Shown: in pieces, positions 11,766 through 24,090 of the stretch
Layout of the letters: each line of letters begins with the position of its first letter
Position numbering within the stretch: the first letter of the stretch is position 1
NCBI RefSeq assembly: GCF_011386835.1
Contig: NW_027052712.1
Span: forward strand, 124,001 to 188,000
DNA from: Chrysemys picta bellii
Taxonomy: Eukaryota
Reading direction: 5' to 3'
DNA length: 64,000 nucleotides
Notes under the pieces: generated by a model
Told to the model about the DNA's origin: nothing
What the model saw: the letters and a program-made list of their open reading frames with translations, nothing else
Databases searched by the model: none
Translations under genes and position numbers: made by a program

Positions 11766-13766
11766 AAGAGAAATTCAGAATGGAAGCAAGGTGGTTTTGC
11801 TAACATTTGAGCCTTTTCTTACTGAGTTTGCTAGTTATACCTGATTTAACAATCAGGATCACTCTCTGCTGTCTTTTTGTTGAAATTATTATCCTCCTGT
11901 GCTCTGTGGTGATCCCACTTTGCATCTTTTTCACTCATAGTCCACAACTTCATCCGGTCATAAAGGCAAATCAGTAGCTTCACTAGCACTCAGTTGTAGC
12001 TAAGAGAAGTGGGAAGTAATTGTTATGAATATGGTGTTTAAAAGCCACAAAAATCATATTTAAATCCCTCCCAGCCTCTAGGGCTGTTCAGATGTAGGCT
12101 GTCAGTTCAGCTGAACAGAAATACAGGGGCCATTCTGAAATTTGGGTCCAGAGCAGGGTTGAGATTTCAAATACCCTAACATTCCAGGGCTCTTTGAACC
12201 CAGAATTTTGGTTTATAATTATGATTATAAAAATAGGAAACAGCTGCCAGGAATTGATTTGTTTTCTTATTCACTACCCCCCTGAGATGTTAGCAGAAGA
12301 GGTTTTCCCTCTCACAAAAGCACATACAGTGGTTTGTTATAGATTTTGCTCCTGAGCACCAGGCTGATGATATTGACTTAGTTTTAAAGCTCAATGAAGT
12401 ACTTGTTTCAATAACTAAATTCAGAAGGAAGAATATGGACTTTGCAGATAGATATATGAATAGAAGAGGGATGTCTCCTTAATCTTGACCTTCCACATCA
12501 GACCTTCCACATCATTGTCTACTGTTTGAGCCCAAGACTCTGTAGCACCCAATATGTGTGAAACCACGTTAATGAACAATGGGCCCATCTTTGGTGGTGG
12601 AACAGATGCTTACCATTTCATTATATACATCTGCAGCTACTGAATAAATCTGCCCACCCGCCATTCATAGGGACATATGCCTCCTCCCAGCTGATAATGG
12701 GTTCACTGATGTGAGCAAGATTTGTCTGGCATTGTTGGAAGTGGGTAGAGGTATGCTTCATGGAGTGGCTGTGGACCATGGGTGTGAATGTCTTCTGCCC
12801 TGCATCCCCTGCTCCCTCCACTGAGATACTAGCCCACAGTTCACTATAGTGACCTGGATGTGGTATTCAAAACATAAGATTCAGAAGAAAACTCCAAAAA
12901 GTTGAGAATAAAAACACATGTCATGAGAGTATTATGTTTTTCTTATTAAACTGTGTATTTTCAGTAACTCATTCTGATTCTAATGGTGACATTCAGTTTT
13001 TTCAAGTATGATCCTTCAAGCAAATCTGTCAAATACTGAAAAGGAAGGAAAGCTATTCAAATACTGCATTTTGGATTCATGCAAAAAGGAAGGGAAATCT
13101 TTAAATGTTATAGCTTTTAACTATCACTGATCAAACTGATTTCCTAAGATTTTTGTTGGCAAGCTTCTGAAATGGGATGTTGTAAAATGGAATGCAGCAT
13201 AAATAATAGCTTATTCACATGACTGCTGCCAAATTCTGCAGAGAATTAATTCTTTTGCAACTGTCTGGAAAGAATTAAACTTTAAAATGAAGTCAGAAGT
13301 GTGCCATGGGAGAAAGCTACTTCCAGGCTGAAGTACAAGGCTATGTGACAATGCACCAGTTCAAAAAGCATTATTGTATTATGTCTACGAATTCAATTAC
13401 AGTACTTACCTAATGTACCATTAGATATTTTAAGGTCCAATTACATTTACAAGTGCATACATTAATATTTGCATTTTTAAATATTTCAGCCATTACCTTG
13501 TAGTTAAGGTATGAACAAGTTATACAAAATATTTCAAGACACGCTCTTTATGAGATGTTGGAGGGGATTTGCTGCTGTTTTTTGATGCATGCTGGGTACA
13601 AGGAAGCTACCAACATTGTATATGTGGTCATGTATTCTGGTTAGTTTTAGCAAATAAGTCAAAGAATGAATGATGATGGAGAAGTAAAAAATACACATGA
13701 AATAGGAAGTAAATGAGGGTAGAGGTTGAAATAGCCATTTGTCTATACAGACCAGTCTTTTGCGGT

Positions 13767-13889
13767 TAGGGTGACCAGATGTCCCGATTTTATAGGGACA
13801 GTCCCGATATTTGGGGCTTTTTCTTACATGGGTGCCTATTACCCCCCACCCCCGTCCCGATTTTTCACACTTGCTGTCTGGTCACCCTA
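13767..13889. mobile_element. hAT MITE, 123 bp
   Basis: Perfect 13-bp TIR TAGGGTGACCAGA / TCTGGTCACCCTA. 8-bp TSD TTTGCGGT at 13759-13766 and 13890-13897. Confidence 0.92.
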
Positions 13890-14883
13890 TTTGCGGTCAG
13901 GATTCAGGAACCTCTTTTGCGGTCAGGATTCAGGAACCTTAGGAGGCCCCTGTCTACGTTGTACTTGTCATCAGTGTAGCTCCTTTCACAAGCACTAATA
14001 GTCTCCTTTTATCAATCACGAACATCCATCTGTCATTTTATTAGTGATTTTGACATGAGAGAATCACAGAAAGAACAAGGCCACTTAGTCCTTTAAGGCT
14101 GATGCTCTCACCCTCTGTATTTTACAAGATTGCCCCTATATCTTTGCCTCTCATGTCTTGTCTAAGCCATTTTTGAAGAGCTGCAGGTATGGTGCATTGC
14201 GAACCCCCACCATCAAGTTACTCTTACTAATGTAACATTTTCTTTGCCTTTCATAATTTTTTAATTTGCAGCTCCAGGCCAATGGTACAAACTGCTATGG
14301 TCCTCTGAGACTGTGGCTAATTCCCTTCATTTACACTATTACCTTGAAATATTTCTTGGCTGTGATAATTTTCCAGTCCTTTGTTTTCTAGCCTATAATA
14401 TATCTAAAATAAGAATTTCCTTCTTTCTTAACTAACCAAATGTAGTATCAGTTTAATATCTGGTACAACCTCAATTAAGAAATAGTAGCTGGCATTTCAG
14501 AAAGCAGGGGTAGATTTGTTTGCTGACTGTTCTATGTCTAACTTTAATTTTCATACATGTAGCTCCTTCAGTCTCTCCTCATAGTCTCCTAGTATCTTAT
14601 CCTTTTTTGGTTTTTGATTCCCTCTGTATTTTCCTTAGTCTTCCTAAAAAGTTGGGGGCAAGGCTGCATACAATATTTCACATGGAGCCACACCAGGCTA
14701 ATAGAGTATTACTAGTACTTCTTACGTTACATGTAATCATTTACAAATACATCCAAGAATAATACTGGGTTTTCACAATAGCTTTGCACTAAAAGCTCAT
14801 ATTTAGTTTTCTGTCTCCTCCCTATGTCTTTCTTGAATTAGCATCTTTCTATGTAGTCCATGTGATATTTTAATGGTATCTGT

Positions 14884-15010
14884 GAGGGTTACCAAATAGC
14901 ACCTGTGGAAAAAAACGGGACAGGGGATGGGGGGGTAATAGGTGCATATATAAGAAAAAGTTCCAAAAAACAGGACTGTCCCTTTAAAAACGGAACATCT
15001 GGTCCTCCTA
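14884..15010. mobile_element. Older copy of the same hAT MITE family in the opposite orientation to 13767-13889
   Basis: Ends GAGGGTTACCAAATAGCA / ACATCTGGTCCTCCTA; the interior is the reverse complement of the 13.8 kb copy. TSD decayed. Confidence 0.7.
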
Positions 15011-15427
15011 TCTATGCAATTTATCTATTCTTTCTGGTTGTCTTTATGGGGGTTTTTTGTGTGGAATCTTGTTTCAGGCAAAAAAAAAAAAACCAAACCC
15101 ATGACTGGCATAAGTGGACAAAGGAACATTCTCTATCAATGCTGAAGTTCTCCGGCAGCCAAATTTCATGTATCTGTTGTGCAAATGGAGGCCAGGAGTC
15201 TGCACAGTGTGGAGCTTAGCTTCCTGCACACCAGTGCAACCATGGGTGGATCTACAACAACATGGTCTTGGGACTATATTATCAGGTATTGGATGGGAAG
15301 ATCTGGGCCAAAATACACTTGACATATCAGCCTTTAAATTTCCTGACAGTAAAAAAAGAAACAAAACCAAATTGGACCTAACTAATCCCTGGTGTAAATC
15401 CTTCTCTTTTAACTGTCTGCTGACGTG

Positions 15428-15575
15428 ACACCTTCTTCAAGTACTGTCCCTATGGGTGCGCTACTACAGGTGTGCATACACCTCAAGAGGCGCATGTTCA
15501 CCTGAAGTGGAGCACACTTAAGGATACATCTCTAAGAACTGCAATTACTGCACAAGGTGAGTAACCTCTTCTTTT
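15428..15575 (+). mobile_element. Short DIRS terminal-repeat derivative (left-end-like sequence fused to right-end-like sequence)
   Basis: Starts TTCTTCAAGTACTGTCCCTATGGGTGC (cf. 25362 TTCTTTGAGTAGTGTTCATATGGGTGC) and ends ACATCTCTAAGAAC...GGTGAGTAACCTCTTCTTT (cf. 930-967). Confidence 0.55.
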
Positions 15576-15622
15576 CTACCTTCCAAAGCAAATTTGTATA
15601 AGGTAAATTACTGCATATAATA

Positions 15623-15921
15623 CAGTAGAACCTCAGAGTTACAAACACCAGAGTTACAAACTGACCAATCAACCGCACGCCTCATTTGGAACCGGAACTA
15701 CACAATAAGGCAGCAGCAGAGACAGGAAAAAAAGAAAGCAAATACAGTACTGTATTGTGTTAAACATAAACTACTGAAAAAAGGGAAAGGAGCATTTTAG
15801 TTCTGCATAGTAAAGTTTCAAAGTTGTATTAAGTCAATGTTCAGTTGTAAACTTTTGAAAGAACAACCATAAAGTTTCGTTCAGCGTTATGAACAACCTC
15901 CATTCCCGAGGTGTTCCTAAC
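15623..15921. mobile_element. Tc1/mariner (Tigger-like) non-autonomous element, one end degraded
   Basis: TA|CAGTAGAACCTCAGAGTTAC start; the distal end GAGGTGTTCCTAACT is a decayed partner. Confidence 0.6.
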
Positions 15922-16620
15922 TGCGTGCATCTCTGTTTGGAATACGTTAAATGAGAGGTGGATTTAAGAACAATTTAAAAGAAGGTAAATCAATAGGGCT
16001 GGATCATATCATATGAAGTTAAATTGAATGAAAAGTTCTGAATAAAATACTTTTTTTTTCACATTGCTAGCAGAATGAGATAGCAACAGTATGACTCGAA
16101 TGAATTGGTTGTTTGAAAAATTAGAACCACCAGGGGCAGAGTAGAAACATGGAAAATTTTGAGCTAGCAGGATAAACAGAAGATGTTAATATGAAAAATA
16201 ATCATTGTGGGATAGACATTTCCTTGGTGTGTTGAGAATCACAGGTACAGACTAAAACCCTGCAATAAGCTCTGCCACTGATCCAATTGCTGTTTTTTTC
16301 TCAAAATGTTTCATTGTGAAGACCACAAGATGGGCTCCTCCATGACAAATTCAGATTTAACATTCTGCTCTTGGCCCTCAGTTTTGCAATGATCTCCATA
16401 TGAATGAACCCGGCCAGGGAAGACTGGAAGTGGGGACCATGAACACAGGGCAGGAGACTGGAACCATAAGCTGGGGCAGAGAGGAAGCTGTTCCCTTCTC
16501 CACCCTGGGAACCCCAGCTCTGGATGCTGTACAAGCAGGAAAAAAAAAGTGCATGCCCCAAAGAGCTTATAATCTAAGTATGAAACAAGAGACAGCAGAA
16601 ATGAAATAGACAGACAGGGA

Positions 16621-17340
16621 TGTACAAGTGAACCATGAAACAGTATTGACCAGCATGATAGACAGCTTCAGCACACCAAGAGCCTAACCATTGTTAAGAT
16701 ATGTGTAAGCATCGTGGCAAAGCATAGCAAACCATTGATCTTAGAAAGGCTGGTGGCTTTGCATGAGCCTTTGAAGGTGAGGTAGGATCCTTTTAATTAG
16801 CTCTTTTCCCAGCCTTGTTTCTATTTCCTGTAAAAGGAAATCACCATGGCTTCTTGGAACAGCTTATAGCTGGGATAGGGCAAAGAGGAAGCTGATTGGA
16901 GAAGAGCCAGCTGCTGGCTAAAGGGGACTCATAAACCCACAGCTTGGAGCTGACAGGAGCTGAGACTACGTAACTGACTCAACATCCTCAGCTCACACCG
17001 CATGCCAGCATCAGATCAGAGCTGCATAGGTGTGAGTGACTGCACAGGGTAAAGGGTCCTTATGTATCTAGCCAACATGGTGGGAGGGGTGGGGAGAGGG
17101 AGAAGTATTTTGCTGTGCCAGGGCAACAGAGTCTGTGTAGTCCCTGTTAGAAATTCTTATCTGGGTGTTCTCCTAACTTTTCTTGGGTTAGATAAAAGTT
17201 TTGTACTATTGTTAAGTGTGGTGCTTATTCCAGGAGCTAACTCTCACCTCCACCCCCAGGAAGTAAGGTTGTTGTCTTTGCAGAGGTATGTGGCAGGGAC
17301 CTGGAACCCCTTCTCCAACTCTGGGAGACCCCACCTGAAA
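16621..17340. repeat. Possible LTR-like sequence (unclassified)
   Basis: Starts TGTACA, GC-elevated, with a promoter/polyA-like layout. No TSD or partner LTR found. Confidence 0.3.
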
Positions 17341-18171
17341 AGAGCCTAGCACTATGGGGTTCTGGTCCATGACTAGGGGGCTCTTAGACCCTATGATAAT
17401 AGACAAATAAATAATAATTTTACAGGGCTGCTGAGAAGGTACAGGCCTCTTTGAATCTGCCTTACCCATGTCCTTGTGTCCTTAGCTGGGTGAAGTAACT
17501 AAGGAAAAGTGAAACAGGCTCCATTTAGTGAAAAGAGAATACCTTTCATTCCCTTGGCTGTGGCTTGCATTGGCATGCATAGCAGCCTGGCTCGTTGATA
17601 GCTCAGATGGCAGAGTAGAGAACTGCACTGGGTATTAGGTGTGGTCCTACTCGGAAAAGTGAAAAGGTGTAAAAATAACATCTTTTTACTCAACAGTTCT
17701 ATGCCTGTTTGTATACAGAGTCTAAGCTCCTGCCATGATAAAAATTATGTATTTTTGGTAGGGCAGTCAACACAGAGAGAGTAAGCCAGACTGTCCCACC
17801 TTCTACATTAATAACAGAATTGTTTACTGAGTTTGTCAACTTCATCTGTGCAATCCATTGTAGGCCTTGGGTTTACACAGATGGCACAGGAAGGATAATG
17901 TGAAGACTGGGAGTGGGCACAGGTGCAACTGAGGTCCTAATTCAGCTGCATATCCTTTATTTATAGTATCGGTAATTATTTGAAATGGAAAGAGCCCCAA
18001 TTGAGATTAAGAACTAAGTTTGTTCGAAGGACATAAGGTGGAGGAAAGGACTATTTAATTGTAATCTGCATTTGATTTGGAAATCACTGAAATACCATAA
18101 GCATGGACTGGACACACATCTTTCTGTCATCTGCATTGTAATTTTTCCTTAAATTTGTAAGTTATTCCTTA

Positions 18172-19135
18172 AACTACAAAGGCAAGAGCAGTTTGACATT
18201 GATCTCGCCACGCATAGTAGCTACGACACGAGATTGCTTGTGGCATTCACAGAGGTGCTGACCACAGTGGAACACCGCTTCTGGGCTCGGGAAACAAACA
18301 CGGAGTGGTGGGATGACATCGCCATGCACGTCCATGCACAATGACAAGCAGTGGCTTCCGAACTTTTGGATGAGGAAAACCACATTCATGGGACTGACCC
18401 AGCCCTGCGGTGCAAGAACACGAGAATGAGAGCTGCCCTGTCATTGTAGAAGTGTGTGGCGATTACACTGTAGAAGCTGGCTACTCCAGATTGCTACCAT
18501 TTGGTCGCTAACCAGTTCGGAGTGGGAAAGTCGACTACTGGATTCATGTTGACGGAAGTGTGCAGGGCCATTAATCACATCCTGATCTGAAAGACCGTGA
18601 CTCTGGGCAACGTGCATGACATTGTGGATGGCTTTGCACAAATGGGCTTCCCTAACTGCGGAGGGGCGATAGATGGCGCACATATTCCAATTCTGGCACC
18701 AGATCACCTAGTCATTGAGTACATTAATCGGAATGCCCATTGTGATCCTGGCAGACCCTGTCTACCCCTTACTGCCGTGGCTTGTAAAGCCGTACATGGG
18801 GCACCTTGACAGCAGCAAGGAGCGGTTCAACAACAGGCTGAGCAAGTGCAGAATGACTGTTGAGTGTGCTTTTGGCCGTTTTAAGGCCCGCTGGTGCTGC
18901 CTGTATGGGAGGCTGGACCTAGCCGATGACAATATTCCTATGCTTATAGCCGTGTGCTGTACGCTCCATATTTGTGAAGGGAAGGGTGAAAGCTTCACTC
19001 AGGACTGGACCACTGAGGCTCAGAGCCTGGAGGCTGAATTTGAACAGCCAGAGACCAGGGCTACTAGAGGGGTGTAGCGCAGGGCCATAAGGATCAGGGA
19101 TGCCTTGAGGCAGCAATTTGAAGCTGAAAGCCACT
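18172..19135 (+). pseudogene. Harbinger (HARBI1-like DDE) transposase, frameshifted and internally deleted
   Basis: FWARETNTEWWD (~18280), GFPNCGGAIDGAHIPILAP (ORF 18597), ILADPVYPLLPWLVKPY...RMTVECAFGRFKARW (ORF 18715). The segment between EYINR and ILADP is missing. Confidence 0.88.
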
Positions 19136-19399
19136 AATATTTATTGCTATACTCGGGAGTGCAGTGCTTGTAATGCTAGGAGGTGATTGGTGCAGATGAT
19201 GCTCTATGAAGGTTTAAGAAAATTGCCCGTTGCTTTGCAGGGCTCTGTTTGCTTTCAATTAATGGAATAAAGATTGCTTTCAAACCAAAACAATTCTTTT
19301 ATTAAAAAACAACAACCGGAGGAGAGACAAACAAAAAAAGATATCAGCACTGAGGGGGATGGGGGAAGGGAGGGACCCAGGAGAAGGTGGGGTCCCAGG

Positions 19400-21120
19400 A
19401 TGACTAAAGATTTGTGTATGTCCAGGTATCATATCCAACCTTCTCCTTTGGAATACAGTGCAGCGGGTACTGTACTTTAGCAGGGCTAAACTGTAGAAGG
19501 ACAGGTGTTGTGCAGTGGGTACTGGGAGTCCGTAGTGCTGGACTGTGATGATGGAGGAGTTGAATGCAGCGGGTACAGACTGGAGCCAGGAGGTTGATAA
19601 GAGTGTGTCGGCGGTGTCTGGGGGGTGCATGGGAAAGAGTTTTGCGACAGCGGCTGCAGGGGAGGTTGGGCACGGTTTGCAGTGCTAGTAGCGCCTTGTG
19701 CTCCTTAAGAGCCGCTCTGTGGCTTCGTTCTGGCATGACATGTTCTTCTTTTGGTCCCTCTTCTCACTGTCCTGCCACTCCTTCAATTCTTGCTTTTTGG
19801 CCACAGAGTGCATCATGACATCACGCAGAAAGTCCTCTTCAGTTCCTCATGGCCGCTTTCTAATTTTGTGCAGCTGTTCAGCTGGCGATAACAAAGAGGG
19901 AGGCTGGGCTCTCTAGGTCATATCTGTGTAGCCAAAATGCAACATTTTACAGAAGCAGTATTGTTTGCAACACACAGACCACTGATTCAGTGTTTTAAAA
20001 CACAGTCACTATTCACATACCTATCATTAACTGGCTGACCCCAGGCAAGCACACATGAGCCACAAGACCCCCAAAATGGTGAGTAACCACAGGGGCAGGG
20101 GAAATCAGTGTTCTGGGACCCACTGTACACTGGGCATGTGGCTCTTGGGGAGAGCCAGCACTGTAAGGGGGGGCCTTATAATCATTACTGTCCCCATATT
20201 TTCCACAGGCTGTTTTCATTATGGAAGATATCTCGCTGCTAAGGGTGAGCAGGGAATCAAGGAAGGGTCTTTTCCAAGTCTGCGGCATCTGCCCTGGCCC
20301 CTATGCAGCTCGCCTGTGTGCAGCAATGGTCCCTCCACCCCACCCCATTATGGCAGAGTGGTGCAGGAAAGTTACCCTTAATGGGGCAAGAAACAAAGCA
20401 GCTCTACCAAAGAACGTGCGGCAGTGGATTGCCCAGTATCTCCATGAGAGTTTCCTGGAGATCTCTGAGGCAGATTCCCGTGAAGTGAGGGAGACTTCTC
20501 TTTGTTAAGCTAAATAGATTGAGCTCAGTGAGTCTATCACTATAAGGCAGACTTGGCATGCAGTGGGAGACAAGCCTGCTTTCTGCAGCCCTCCTGCCCC
20601 CAAAAACTTGCTTCAGTGATTCCCAAAATGAAAGCCACTTACCAGGGTCTCCTCTCCTATTTGCATTTCACCAAGTTCCAACAGCTGTGACTGGCTAGCC
20701 ACCTCTGGGGTCGAAAAGAGCTCCTGGCTGCATGCATTTCTGACCTCCGAGTCATCCTCTGCCTCTGGATCCTCCTTCCCCTCCACATCCTCATCCAAGA
20801 TTTCTTCCTCTTGGCTTGGTCCACTCTCGACTGGCACATGAGCCACCGAAGTATCCACAGTGGTCTTCGCAGCAGAGGTGGGGTTGCCACCGAGTATCGC
20901 ATCCAGCTCTTTGTAGAATCAGCAGCTCATGGGTGCAGCACCTTGTGGTAGGCATTCTGCAGCTCCTTCAGTTTGATCCTGCACTGCAGTGTGTCCAGGT
21001 CATGGCCCCTTTCTGTCATGCATCGTGAAATCTGACCGTAGGTATCCTGATTCCTACGGCTGGAGCATGTCCATCTGGAAATATATGCCGAGACCACTGC
21101 ATGAGTCACCAAGCAAACAG
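19400..21120 (-). pseudogene. Harbinger Myb/SANT-like DNA-binding protein gene, spliced and degenerate
   Basis: YGQISRCMTERGHDLDTLQCRIKLKELQNAY (ORF 20927) plus acidic tract SQEEEILDEDVEG...SQELFSTP (ORF 20613). Minus-strand donor G|GTAAGT at 20643/20642 and acceptor CAG| at 19924/19923, leading into ...FLRDVMMHS..KQELKEW. Confidence 0.75.
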
Positions 21121-23231
21121 GAAGGGGACTTTCAAAATTCCCAAGGAATTTAAGGGGTAGGGTTCATGGTTGGTCACCTGAGGGCAGGGCAGTAGAGTGC
21201 GAACTGATGACTAGAGAGGTGAGAACAGGCATTGTGGAACACCTCCTGGAGGCCAATCGCAGTGCTGTAATTGACCAGGGTGTCTACACTGGCACTGCGG
21301 CACTGTAGCCCTGGCACAGAAAGCTGTATGCCTCTCGTTGGGGTAGTTTTTGTACAGTGCTGCAATTGCACAGTTTTTGCACACTAAGTGGCATGGCAGT
21401 TGTGTTCACCTCGGGAGTTACAGCTCAGAAAGCTGCTTTACTGCACAGAAATTTGCCAGTGTAGGCAAAGCTTTAGTGTCTTATTCAGCTGGAAAATATG
21501 CATACTGATTTTTCTCCTGTTTCCAGGGATTAAATATAAATGTACCACTTCATGAAAATAACTGATGGTTTTTTACAGTTTCTCACTAGGTGATTGCTTC
21601 ATCAAGCTTTGACTTACTATGAAAGTACTTTTCATTTATAACATTGATCCAGTCTACCCAGGCATTAAATCCACATATTCAAATTTGAATCAGAAAATCC
21701 CTAATGCCGTCAAGCTTGACCACAGCACTTAACAAATATTGATACTGTTGTGCTGTTGTGTACCCTTATGAAAAAATTTTCAGCAGTTTTTCCTGTATAG
21801 CATTCTTAAACAACAACAATGGAAAACAAAGATTAAAGTATCTTTAATGGAAATACAGACATTTAAAAGGAAAGTGACTTGATTGGTGAAAGCTGTTTAG
21901 AGATGTCTTGCACATATTACAGATAAGTAGGTATTGTGTTCTAAGGTAGCTAATTTCAATTTTGAGTGTTTATAAAATCTCATTACTGTAAAACACATAG
22001 TGGAGTTAGGTAACATCCATTAATATCAAACTCACTGGTGTGTTCTGGTAATAAAATGAATATCTGATAGAATGTTCTCAAAAGGTCACCACTATTTTGT
22101 TTCTTGCATAGTTTATTTAAGGAAGAGAAGAATTATGGTAAAAAGCTTGAAATTATTATAAATCTTGCATAAAATACCATCTTGGAAAATATGTGCCATG
22201 GATATGGTTAAGATGGATAGGTGCATGACCTATTCTAGTATCACTGAGGAGATCATTTGCAGTAATTATGAAGAAGGTGGTATCGCTTGTTATGAACCAG
22301 ATTAATGAACATACTTATTTTTTACACTTGTAGTCTGTGTAGTACCATACAAAATTGAAATGGCATAGTTGAGTACTGCTGTCTTTTACGGGGACATCTA
22401 ATGTGGCTGCTATTCTGTGTTGTGGTAGTGGGCATCAGTCAGATAGAATGCTGCCAGCTATGAAGGAATGTTTTCTTTACCCTCTTCAATGCAAGAGAAA
22501 GGATGACAATAGACTATTTGTATTTGCTTTTTGTCTATTACCTGGCAACAGACTACAAATTACTAAAATACTTGCGAACACTTCCTGAGCAAAAAAAAGA
22601 AGACTAAATTCATCACGATTCTTTTTCTGCCAATTATTTGTTCAATGTTGACAATAAGCCATATTCTTCATCAGTATAAATCCATTGACTCCATTTCACC
22701 AATTCTGTTAAATCAATGAAGGGAGAAAATTTACTAATGACTAGGAAAAATACTGAAGTTGCGATGGGAAACTTAGCAAGCATCACTTCCTTCATTGCAA
22801 CTGATAAGATTTCCAGCACTAACACTTACCGACAGGAAAGAGTTAGTTTCTAGGCATCTCTAGCACATGTTACAGTGAGTGGCCTAATATATATGATATG
22901 CCTACTGAGAATAGTTTTTAAGTAGTTCAGTGTGTTATCTTAAAATGTTAATGGCCCACAACAGTTACTATTAAAGTATGCCTTAATTCCAAGTTATTTT
23001 TGTTATAGAGTATGTAGAAAGATTGCTGACCTTGACGCAATTTATTCACCCTCCCTAAACTGAGGTCACATGACATACAACATGCTTAACTTTTTTGCTG
23101 TGGAGCCCACAAAACTTTAAAATATAAGGATTTACAATATCCTTCATAGAGCTCCCAACAATCACTCTGCTATTTAGGATAACTGATCTAGTGGAATGAG
23201 CATGCAATGGGAAGTCCAGAGACCAAAGTTC

Positions 23232-24090
23232 ATAGATTCCAAGAGTCCAAGCCAGAATGGGCCATTGTGTGATCATCTAGTCTGATTTCCTGTATAACAC
23301 AGACCATAGAACTTCCTCAAAATAATTTCCAGAGTGTACCTCTGATAAAAATACCTAATCTTGATTTAAAGATTGCCAGTTATGGAGAATCTACCATGAC
23401 CCTTGATAAACTGTTCTAATGATTAATTACACTCACTAGTAACAAATGTATGTCTTATTTTCTGCCCAAATTTGAGTAGCTTCCACTTCCAACCATCGGA
23501 TCATGTTATACCTTTCTCTGCTAAATTGAAGAGTCATTATCAATTTTTTTCCCCATGTAGGCAATTATAGACCCTAGACTTGTCCTTCTCTTTGTTAAGC
23601 CAAATAGATTGAGCTCAGTGAGTCTATCACTATAAGGCAATGGTATTCAACCTGTGGTCCGCAGACACCTGGTGGTCCACGAAAGGTGACTATGAAAATA
23701 AAGTTTCAGATCCCAGAAAAGGCATTCCATTTTTCTGATCAATCAAAAGTGTGAATACCACCACCTATAGGTTAAAACATGGCAGTGTTGTTGTTACCAT
23801 AGAAGCTCACAGTTTAGGGCCCTTTCTCATATTGCATCAAATGCCATGCTGAGCACATGCAGCATTTGTAGTTGAATTCTGTTCCGTCAGTTTTCAGTCT
23901 GACTTCTACAGTGGGGATCCACGGACCACAGGTTGAATTTCCTAAGGGGTCCACACCTCCATTAGAAATGTTTTAGGGGTCTGCAAATGAAAAAAGGTTG
24001 AAAACCACTGCTATAAGGCATGTTTTCTAATCCTTTAATCATTCCTGTGGCTCGTCCCTGAACCCTGCCAATTTATCAACATCCTTTTTG
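23232..24090 (-). mobile_element. 5'-truncated CR1 LINE interrupted by a hAT MITE
   Basis: CR1 3' tail CATAGATTCC...GATCATCTAGTCTGA at the left end. AAAGTTC occurs at 23225-23231 and 24091-24097 (probable TSD). Confidence 0.8.
23638..24010. mobile_element. hAT MITE, 373 bp
   Basis: TIR CAATGGTATTCAACCT / AGGTTGAAAACCACTG (14/16). Perfect 8-bp TSD CTATAAGG at 23630-23637 and 24011-24018. Confidence 0.9.

Larger units (their letters stand above)
10602..11790 (+). other. RYR2: RYR2 3' UTR (end not determinable from sequence alone)
   Basis: Repeat-free AU-rich sequence after the stop, containing two AATAAA hexamers. Confidence 0.6.
18172..21472. mobile_element. PIF/Harbinger autonomous-type element, truncated at the left end, with convergent transposase (+) and Myb/SANT (-) genes
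   Basis: Coding remnants as listed below. The right end AGTGTAGGCAAAGCT is followed by TTA (21473-21475), matching Harbinger TIR and TSD type. Confidence 0.88.

Noticed and set aside
12487-12514. Short perfect tandem duplications (14 bp here, 16 bp at 44918-44949, ~11 bp near 49816-49838)
   Set aside because: Ordinary replication-slippage events with no further structure.
15074-15370. 98-aa minus-strand ORF behind a strong acceptor (TTTTTTTACTGTCAG at 15343)
   Set aside because: No recognisable homology and no partner exon found; the polypyrimidine tract is just an A-run on +.
22634-22900. 63-aa minus-strand ORF and a nearby GTAAGT donor
   Set aside because: No homology recognised, and the putative upstream exon is closed in all frames.
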